Shown here piece after piece: positions 57,260-64,000 of a stretch of 64,000 bases of DNA (the stretch's first letter is position 1; the number at the start of each line of letters is the position of its first letter). A program made the translations under genes and the position numbers. The notes below the pieces were generated by a model. The model was not told where the DNA came from and ran no database searches. It saw only the letters and a program-made list of their open reading frames with translations. The DNA lies in assembly GCA_963706445.1 (NCBI GenBank), contig OY970160.1, positions 1,088,001 through 1,152,000 on the forward strand. The letters run 5' to 3'. This DNA comes from an uncultured Nitrososphaerales archaeon (GTDB lineage Archaea > Thermoproteota > Nitrososphaeria > Nitrososphaerales > Gagatemarchaeaceae).

Positions 57260-57505
57260 ATGCAGAACACAGAGAGATGCCCTAAGTGCAACGGTCGGCT
57301 CATCGCCGAGGAACTTCCCGAACATGTCTGCATGGGGTCGGTCAAGGAGACGCTCCTGTTCCCGTGGGGAGAGGCATATGCCTCGGACGGCCTGAGGTGG
57401 TATCGCTGGTTCCCATCACCTGACGCGCAACATCCGCAGAAATCACCCAGAGATTCAACACTACGCCAAATGCCGAAGCCCTGCAAAGTGTTTGCCGTAT
57501 TTTAA
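57260..57505 (+). CDS. small Zn-finger-like passenger protein reading through the right TIR
   Basis: CPKC...IAEE...HVC; stop codon lies in flanking DNA. Confidence 0.55.
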   Translation: MQNTERCPKCNGRLIAEELPEHVCMGSVKETLLFPWGEAYASDGLRWYRWFPSPDAQHPQKSPRDSTLRQMPKPCKVFAVF

Positions 57506-57532
57506 ATACCAGAGAGCGAACCGTCGTCCAAG

Positions 57533-57685
57533 TTGCTCCTTACCGCTGCCCCAGAGGAGGAATACTGCATCAAGTCGCAAAAGCATTCCTTGGCGAAGCA
57601 GGCGAAGTACGTCATCTGCTACAGGTGTATGTTGATGGTAGGGAGAGCCAAAGAGCTTCACCTCGGAAGCTTGCTTGACTACTAA
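57533..57685 (+). CDS. unlisted 50-aa ORF (MLLTAAPEEEYCIKSQKH...ICYRC...GSLLDY)
   Basis: TTG about 30 nt after TTTAAATA (57501); Cys/His-rich; fills the gap up to the convergent GNAT stop. Confidence 0.45.
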   Translation: MLLTAAPEEEYCIKSQKHSLAKQAKYVICYRCMLMVGRAKELHLGSLLDY

Positions 57686-58143
57686 GGACTCTTTCCCAAC
57701 AGATTCGTCAGCGCCCTGAACCCTCGCTTCGCGTAGAAGCGGTTCGCGATTTCGTTCTGAGCCGGGACGTCGGCGACGATGATCTGTGCCCCCATCTTCT
57801 TCAGCTCGCCAGATGCCTGCTGGACCATATCGTTCCCCAGGGCCTTCCTCCTATACTCAGGGAGGATGTAGAAGTCGGTGATGAGCCCCTCCTGGTGCGG
57901 CTCGTAGAAGAGCCTCGTGTGCATCTCGGCTCTTATCACCCCGACGACCTTCTGCCCTTCGACGGCGACCAGAAGTAGTTTGTCTGGTGCGTCGATTGAC
58001 GCTGTGACGTGCTTTTCCGCCCTGGCCTTGGCGTCGGAGACCACGGCGAAGAGAGGGTCGAACTCGTTGTTCAGCTTCTTTGTCCGGACTATCAGGTCCG
58101 CAACCGAGCCGAGGTCTTCCTTCTTGGCGCGACGAATCTGCAT
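57682..58143 (-). CDS. GNAT family N-acetyltransferase
   Basis: IRRA..ED, YILPEYRRK.LG, N..A..FY.K.GF. Confidence 0.88.
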   Translation of the reverse strand: MQIRRAKKEDLGSVADLIVRTKKLNNEFDPLFAVVSDAKARAEKHVTASIDAPDKLLLVAVEGQKVVGVIRAEMHTRLFYEPHQEGLITDFYILPEYRRKALGNDMVQQASGELKKMGAQIIVADVPAQNEIANRFYAKRGFRALTNLLGKSP

Positions 58144-58177
58144 CGCAGACCTACTCCCCAGGGGAGCAGATTTACGC

Positions 58178-59503
58178 TTATTCTGGAGGGTCAAGGATTA
58201 TCCCGTTCCGCCTAAGCGCATTCATAACCTTGCGCGAGTGTTCGATCATCTCCATGGCCACGCGGAGCGACTCCTTCTTCGAGAGCTTCTTCCGGGCGAC
58301 CCCTTCTTTGACTGCGGCCTGGCCCACGGTCGCAGCGACCCTTGGGTACACCTCCCATTGAAGCATGGTCGGGATGATGTAGTTCTTGTTTATCCCCTTC
58401 TCCCGGGCGAAGGCGGACAGCTGCTTGGCAGCCTCGATTACCATGGTGTCGGTGATCGTCCTGGCCCTGACGTCGAGGGCGCCTCGGAATATCGCCGGGA
58501 AGAGAAGGCTGTTGTTTACCTGGTTCGGGTAATCTGACCGTCCTGTAGCTATTATCTCAGCCCCGGCGGCATGGGCCGCAGGCGGGAGCATCTCGGGGAC
58601 CGGATTCGCAAGGAAGAAGGCGATCGCTCTCTTGTTCATCACCGCAATCTCATCCTTTCTGATCATGTCTGGCCCCTGGCCGGCGGCCGCGACGAGGGCG
58701 TCCGCACCCTTCAAGGCGTCCTTCAGTCCTCCGGAGATTCTGTCCCCATTCGTACGCATGGCGATGTCGTGCTTCCACTTGTTTCGGAGGAGGAGCTTGT
58801 CCATGTCCTCCCGTTCAGGGTGCAGTATGCCTTTGGAATCTAGCACTATCAGGTCCCTGGGGTCGGCTCCGGCCTTCACGAGGAGGCGTTCGGCCGCTAT
58901 GTTGGCTGCCCCCGCCCCGAAGAGGACGATTCTGGCTCCCCTCAGCTTGCGGCCCGTCAGCTCCAGGGCGTTGAAGAGCGCCGCGAGTGTGACGCCCGCG
59001 GTTCCCTGCTGGTCGTCGTGCCAGACAGGAATCTTCATCTCCGACCTGAGGCGTTCGAGGACGTTGAAGCACTTTGGGGACTCGATGTCTTCGAGGTTGA
59101 CCCCGCCGATGGAAGGCTCCAGCGCCTTCACGAATTCGATGATGCCCTCCTCGTCCTTGACCCTTATTGGAAGTGGGATGGCGTTGACTCCGCCGAGGTA
59201 GTTGTAGATCAGGGCCTTCCCCTCCATGACCGGGAGGGCGCCCTCGGGGCCTATGTTCCCTAGACCCAGGACCCGGCTTCCGTCAGTCACCACAGCGACT
59301 GTGTTCCATCTACCGGTGTACTCGAAGGAGAGTTCCGGGTCTGATTCGATGATCTTCGAGACCGCGGCGACCCCGGGAGTATACCAGATGGAGAAGTCAT
59401 CAAGGGACCTGACAGGCACATTCGGGGCCACGGTCACCTTGCCGCCGTAGAACTTGGAATAGTCGAGCGCCTTCTTGGAGGAGTCGTCCTTGTGTTCGAG
59501 CAA
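58178..59503 (-). CDS. NAD(P)-dependent malic enzyme
   Basis: YTPGVA, VLGLG.IG, PVMEGK, NLEDI, HDDQ.GT, GAGAA, NQVNN. Confidence 0.95.
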   Translation of the reverse strand: MLEHKDDSSKKALDYSKFYGGKVTVAPNVPVRSLDDFSIWYTPGVAAVSKIIESDPELSFEYTGRWNTVAVVTDGSRVLGLGNIGPEGALPVMEGKALIYNYLGGVNAIPLPIRVKDEEGIIEFVKALEPSIGGVNLEDIESPKCFNVLERLRSEMKIPVWHDDQQGTAGVTLAALFNALELTGRKLRGARIVLFGAGAANIAAERLLVKAGADPRDLIVLDSKGILHPEREDMDKLLLRNKWKHDIAMRTNGDRISGGLKDALKGADALVAAAGQGPDMIRKDEIAVMNKRAIAFFLANPVPEMLPPAAHAAGAEIIATGRSDYPNQVNNSLLFPAIFRGALDVRARTITDTMVIEAAKQLSAFAREKGINKNYIIPTMLQWEVYPRVAATVGQAAVKEGVARKKLSKKESLRVAMEMIEHSRKVMNALRRNGIILDPPE

Positions 59504-59550
59504 TCGGGAAGGCGGACCGCCTCGGGTATTTGTGCTCTCTCGGTAAACGG

Positions 59551-59706
59551 TTAGGGGCTTTCAGGTGCGGCGTACCTGTGGGGGTCCCCATCGAAGGTGC
59601 TTTTGCACCCGGTCGAGCAGAAGTAGAAGGTCCTGCCGTCGTGCTCGGACTTCAACTGGGCCTTCCTCTCGTCGACCATCATGCCGCAGATGGGGTCTTT
59701 CTGCAT
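59551..59706 (-). CDS. YHS/TRASH domain metallochaperone
   Basis: KDPICGM.VD...YFCS.GCK..F..DP..Y. Confidence 0.88.
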   Translation of the reverse strand: MQKDPICGMMVDERKAQLKSEHDGRTFYFCSTGCKSTFDGDPHRYAAPESP

Positions 59707-59809
59707 GGAAGGACGAAGACCGCGCCCAGATTTAGAACTTTGCCGAGAATCGGACTGGTTTCTAGGGAATGATTTAACCTCAAGCCGTAACGGCGGGTTT
59801 CGAAGCAAC

Positions 59810-61888
59810 TTGGCCAAGGACCCAGTCTGCGGAATGGCAGTCAACGAGGGACCTGGCGCCCTCAAAGCGACAGTGAGAGGGACCACGTTCTACTTCTGCA
59901 GCGAAGCCTGCATGCTCGAGTACACCATGCCTCAGAAGGAGCTTGCCAGGCTGAGGCTCCTCGTGGTTCTTGGTGCGGTCCTGACGGTTCCAATCCTGGC
60001 ATTCACCTACCTGCCTCTCCTACCTGGTCAGCCCTCGGCATACCTGCTGTTTCTGCTCGCCATACCAGTACAGTTCGTGGTCGGAGGGAGGTTCTACCGC
60101 GGGGCGTACCACGCGCTCCGGGCGAAGACCAGCAACATGGATGTCCTTGTTGCAGTTGGGACAACTGCTGCCTTCGGCTACAGCGCCGTGGCCACCCTTG
60201 TCCCCTCTGCCATCGGGGTCCAGGGGGTCTACTTCGACGCAGCCGCCGTCATAATCACTCTGATTCTTGCCGGGAGGCTCCTCGAACACCTGACAAAGGA
60301 AAGGGCGTCGGAGTCTGTCAGGAGCCTGCTCAAGCTCAAGCCCATGTTGGCTCATGTCACAAGAAACGGGAAGGAATCTGAAGTCCCTGTGGACGAGCTT
60401 GTCGAAGGGGACCTCGCGGTAGTCAGACCAGGCGAGAGGATCCCGACCGACGGCATTGTTATCGAAGGCTCTTCGGAGGCGGATGAATCGCTTCTGACAG
60501 GCGAGAGCGCCCCTGTGAAGAAGCTGAAGGGGAGCGAGGTCATCGGCGGGTCTCTCAACTCGGGGGGACGGTTGACGGTCAAATGCACGGCAGTAGGTCA
60601 GGACACAGTCCTTGGACAGATCACCAAGACTGTCGAGGAGGCGAAGGCTGGGAAGGCACCCATCCAGCGTCTTGCAGACAGGATAGCCCAGTATTTCGTG
60701 CCACTGATCCTCGCCATAGCTCTCATTGCGGCCCTTGGCTGGAGGCTCCTCGGAGGGGTTTCCGTCTCTACCTCAGTGCTGATCTTCGTCTCAGTAGTCA
60801 TAATCGCGTGCCCCTGTGCTCTCGGCATCGCGACGCCCGCCGCGCTCCTCGTCGGGACTGGGAACGCCGCTAAGAGAGGGATCTTGGTGAAAGGAGGGGA
60901 CGCGGTCGAGGCCGCGGCGAAGGTCGACACAGTCCTACTGGACAAGACAGGCACCATAACCGAGGGCAGGCAGCGTGTGGTCGAGGTCATCGGTGACAGC
61001 AAGGAGGAGATCCTGAGGCTGACCGCATCGCTCGAATCCGCTTCGGAGCATTCCATCGGCCGCGCCATAGTCAACGAGGCGGCCTCCATGGGATTGAAAA
61101 TGGTGGAGGTGAAGGACTTCCATTCGAGTCCCGGGGAGGGAGTCGCGGGGAGCGTGGAAGGGCATGTCGCGAGAGCAGGGAGACGAGATTTTGTGGGGCT
61201 CCAGGGCGCCTGGCCTGGGGACGAAACCGTAGCCAGGCTCCGGTCTGAAGGAAACACGGCGGTCTACGTTTCAATTGGAGGGCGGTTCGGAGCCATCTTG
61301 GTCGGGGACGCCGTGAAGCCCGACGCCGCAGGGGCGATTCGCGAGCTTTCCTCCATGGGGCTGAGAGTCATGATGCTCACAGGGGACGACCTGACCACCG
61401 CCGAAGCAGTCGCCAAGAAAGTCGGCATATCCGATGTTCGGGCTGGGTTGACTCCCCTGGGGAAGGAGAAGGAGGTGGAGAGCCTCCAGGCCCAGGGCAG
61501 GGTCGTTGCGATGGTAGGGGACGGAGTGAACGACGCTCCGGCCCTGGCCAGGGCCGACCTTGGCCTCGCCATAGGGAGCGGTACGGATGTGGCAAAAGAG
61601 ACCGGGGGGATCGTTCTGATAAAAGACAGGTTGTCCGATGTGGTGGACGCCTTGAAGATTGGGAGGGCCACACTGAGAAAGATAAGGCAGAACCTCATCT
61701 GGGCGTTCGGGTACAACATCATCCTTGTCCCCGTCGCGGCCGGCTTGTTGATTCCGTTCTATGGGGTGGGGGTCTACTCGTTCCTGCCATTCCTTTCGGG
61801 GGCGGCGATGGCCCTCAGCTCGGTGTCGGTTGTGGGCAACTCCCTGCTTCTCATGCGGTTCAATCCCAGGCCATCGTCTAACGTTTAA
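59810..61888 (+). CDS. copA: Cu(I)-translocating P1B-type ATPase with N-terminal YHS domain
   Basis: KDPVCGM, TGES, CPC, DKTGT, GDGVND, YN....P, MALSS. Confidence 0.93.
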   Translation: MAKDPVCGMAVNEGPGALKATVRGTTFYFCSEACMLEYTMPQKELARLRLLVVLGAVLTVPILAFTYLPLLPGQPSAYLLFLLAIPVQFVVGGRFYRGAYHALRAKTSNMDVLVAVGTTAAFGYSAVATLVPSAIGVQGVYFDAAAVIITLILAGRLLEHLTKERASESVRSLLKLKPMLAHVTRNGKESEVPVDELVEGDLAVVRPGERIPTDGIVIEGSSEADESLLTGESAPVKKLKGSEVIGGSLNSGGRLTVKCTAVGQDTVLGQITKTVEEAKAGKAPIQRLADRIAQYFVPLILAIALIAALGWRLLGGVSVSTSVLIFVSVVIIACPCALGIATPAALLVGTGNAAKRGILVKGGDAVEAAAKVDTVLLDKTGTITEGRQRVVEVIGDSKEEILRLTASLESASEHSIGRAIVNEAASMGLKMVEVKDFHSSPGEGVAGSVEGHVARAGRRDFVGLQGAWPGDETVARLRSEGNTAVYVSIGGRFGAILVGDAVKPDAAGAIRELSSMGLRVMMLTGDDLTTAEAVAKKVGISDVRAGLTPLGKEKEVESLQAQGRVVAMVGDGVNDAPALARADLGLAIGSGTDVAKETGGIVLIKDRLSDVVDALKIGRATLRKIRQNLIWAFGYNIILVPVAAGLLIPFYGVGVYSFLPFLSGAAMALSSVSVVGNSLLLMRFNPRPSSNV

Positions 61889-61924
61889 TTCCCGTCAGAA
61901 AGTGCCTCGAAATCAGAAGCCCGC

Positions 61925-63283
61925 ATGGTCAGCCAGAAATACGAGAAATACGTCGCCGACAACCTGGACGGTTTCGCGAAGGAAGTAATCAGGCTCGCTT
62001 CGCAACCAAGCGTGTCGGCAAGGAAGGAAGGGATTGAGGAGTGCGCCGGACTCGTGGAGCAGATGCTAGGCGGCATAGGAGCGACCACCAAGGTCCTCAG
62101 GATTGAGGGGGTAGCGCCTTTGGTCTACGGCGAGCTGAAGTCAAGCAGGTCATCCAAGACCCTCCTGTTCTACAACCACTATGACGTCCAGCCCGAAGAG
62201 CCTCTGGAGCTCTGGAAGTCGCCGCCGTTCAAGCCGGAGATACGTGACGGCGTCCTCTACGGGAGGGGGGTTTCAGATGACAAAGGGGAGCTGGTCTCGA
62301 GGCTGAAGATCGTGGAGTCGTACCTGAAAACCGAGGGGGAGCCACCGTGCAACGTGAAGTTCTGCTTTGAGGGAGAGGAGGAGACCGGGAGCGTACATCT
62401 CGGGGATTACATTTCGAAGTACAGCGACCTGTTCAAGGCGGACGCCGTCATCTGGGAGTATGGGACGGTGGACACCAAGGGGACCCCCATGGTCTCGCTA
62501 GGAGTGAAGGGGATGATCTATGTGGAGTTCGTCCTGAAGTCGCTTTCCCAGGACGCCCACAGCAGCTACGCGGCCATACTTCCGAGCGCGCCTTGGAGGA
62601 TGGTGAGGCTCCTCAACCTGCTCAAGGACGAGAACGAAATGATCAAGGTGCCGGGGTGGTACGACGCGGTGACGAACCTGGCGGAGGACGAGTTGGAGGT
62701 TCTGAAGTCGAACCAGTTCGACGGGGCGGAGTTCAAGCAGACCTATGGGGCAAAGCAGTTCCTCGGGGACATCGGGGACGAGCAGGCGAAGAAAGCCCTG
62801 GTCCAGCGGCCCACGGGGAACATCGCGGGCATCTATGCGGGATACGAAGGGCCCGGTTCGAAGACAGTCCTCCCAAAGGAGATACACGTCAAGATGGACT
62901 TCCGGCTGGTCCCCGAGCAGGACGAGCAGGACCTATGGAAGAAACTCAGAAAGTACCTCGACGACAATGGGTTCGCAGATGTGGAGATGCAACTCGAAAG
63001 CATGGAGCCTGCTGCACGCACCTCGTACAAGGACCCCTTCGCCCAGGCAGCCATCAAGGCAGGGGAGAAGGTGTATGGGAAGAAGCCGATCGTCGAGCTT
63101 GGTTCGCCGGGGACAGGGCCCCTCTATCTGTTCACGAGGAGGTACAACATGCCTTCGGTGGACATTGGGGTGTCGGCCGTGGACGGAGGGATACACGCCC
63201 CCAACGAGAACCTCAAGCTGGAGAACATGCGCAAAGGGATGCTCTGGATAGCTAACACGATGGAACTGTTCGCTGCTTCCTAG
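61925..63283 (+). CDS. M20 family metallopeptidase/desuccinylase-like
   Basis: HYDVQP, GRG.SDDKG, EGEEE.GS, HAPNE. Confidence 0.92.
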   Translation: MVSQKYEKYVADNLDGFAKEVIRLASQPSVSARKEGIEECAGLVEQMLGGIGATTKVLRIEGVAPLVYGELKSSRSSKTLLFYNHYDVQPEEPLELWKSPPFKPEIRDGVLYGRGVSDDKGELVSRLKIVESYLKTEGEPPCNVKFCFEGEEETGSVHLGDYISKYSDLFKADAVIWEYGTVDTKGTPMVSLGVKGMIYVEFVLKSLSQDAHSSYAAILPSAPWRMVRLLNLLKDENEMIKVPGWYDAVTNLAEDELEVLKSNQFDGAEFKQTYGAKQFLGDIGDEQAKKALVQRPTGNIAGIYAGYEGPGSKTVLPKEIHVKMDFRLVPEQDEQDLWKKLRKYLDDNGFADVEMQLESMEPAARTSYKDPFAQAAIKAGEKVYGKKPIVELGSPGTGPLYLFTRRYNMPSVDIGVSAVDGGIHAPNENLKLENMRKGMLWIANTMELFAAS

Positions 63284-63850
63284 TTACCACTTCGAGAAGT
63301 CGCCCTGCAGCAGCCCGAGGCCTCCCATGTGGGTCTGGTCGATGTGCTTCGACAGCTCCTCTCTTGTCTTCACGATGGCATTGCAGTAGGGGCAGGCGAA
63401 GGCGCTAGGCGGGGCGAGCTCTGGGAGGGGTATGCTCGTCTCTACGTTCCCGGTAACCATGGCCTTCTGAGTTATCATTCCGATTATCTTACCGCCCCTT
63501 GTGACTGCGAGCCTCCTCATGCCGAGCTTCGACATCCTTGCGATGGCCTCGCCCACCTTCGAGCCTTCATCGATTGTCTGCACAGGGGTGCTCATGATGT
63601 CCCGGACCTTGACAAGCGAAGGGTTCTCGCCCGCCGCCACGACCTTGTAGAGGATGTCCCTCTCGGTGACTATCCCTTCGGGTACAGACTCAATGGCGAC
63701 GATGGCCTCGGTCGCCCCAGCTTCCTGCATGATCCTCGCCGCGCGTGCCACAGAGTCGGAGGCGGACACCTTCGCGAACGAGGCAGATGCATACTTGGAG
63801 ACCGGGTCGTCGAGGGATTCCCGAAGACTCACAGTTCGAAGGCGGGGCAC
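63284..63850 (-). CDS. CBS domain pair plus C-terminal C2H2 zinc finger
   Basis: GIVTERDI, GMITQ; FACPYC...EELSKHIDQTH. Confidence 0.85.
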   Translation of the reverse strand: MPRLRTVSLRESLDDPVSKYASASFAKVSASDSVARAARIMQEAGATEAIVAIESVPEGIVTERDILYKVVAAGENPSLVKVRDIMSTPVQTIDEGSKVGEAIARMSKLGMRRLAVTRGGKIIGMITQKAMVTGNVETSIPLPELAPPSAFACPYCNAIVKTREELSKHIDQTHMGGLGLLQGDFSKW

Positions 63851-63909
63851 ATCCCTACTTAAGATGTGCAGACCGCCAACTCATAAGCGGGGTTGGCGAG
63901 GCCGACGCC

Positions 63910-64000
63910 GTGAAGGCGGCAGTTCTTGGTTCTGGGCTCATGGGCTCGGTTATCGGTTGGGACCTTGCGCGTTCCGAAGGTGTGGACGAGGTCGTCGTTG
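63910..64000 (+). CDS. Rossmann-fold dehydrogenase N-terminus (saccharopine dehydrogenase-like), partial
   Basis: GTG-start MKAAVLGSGLMGSVIGWDLARSEGVDEVVV. Confidence 0.6.
   Translation, partial: MKAAVLGSGLMGSVIGWDLARSEGVDEVVV

Larger units (their letters stand above)
56064..57465. mobile_element. non-autonomous IS6-like element with passenger genes (1402 bp)
   Basis: 25-bp TIRs (23/25 identical) at 56064-56088 and 57441-57465; 8-bp direct repeat CCAAATGC at 56056-56063 and 57466-57473. Confidence 0.9.

Overview
GC-rich archaeal chromosomal segment. The archaeal assignment rests on an archaeal uS10, an intron-containing tRNA-Ser, TATA-box promoters with mostly leaderless genes and a Hef helicase. 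The uS10 sequence and gene content suggest a heterotrophic Nitrososphaerota/Thaumarchaeota-like lineage (inference). About 70 genes, mostly housekeeping and catabolic: katG (partial), VKOR+DUF929, hef, pyk, three ABC exporters, GNAT-ACD/acs/satP, an AcnX-enolase-ADH-ALDH cluster, pyrBIC, a HerA-like ATPase, deoC, ArcE-like, a phenylacetate-type beta-oxidation cluster, malic enzyme and copA. Most notable observations: (1) a palindrome TTCYCA-N4-TGRGAA placed 12-13 nt upstream of the TATA box of six to seven promoters (USP/CBS, HCO-like membrane protein, GNAT-ACD, CBS4, deoC), five of them clustered around an uncharacterised wHTH plus membrane-protein pair, which is a candidate new activator regulon; (2) a 1402-bp IS6-like element with 25-bp TIRs, an 8-bp TSD, a deleted transposase, three passenger genes and a divergent promoter with twin operators; (3) an aconitase X and an enolase-family enzyme that both lack canonical active-site residues; (4) a tRNA-Leu 3' remnant (att-like) just after a codon-atypical katG. 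No CRISPR array or rRNA was seen. All family assignments come from recalled motifs, not database searches.
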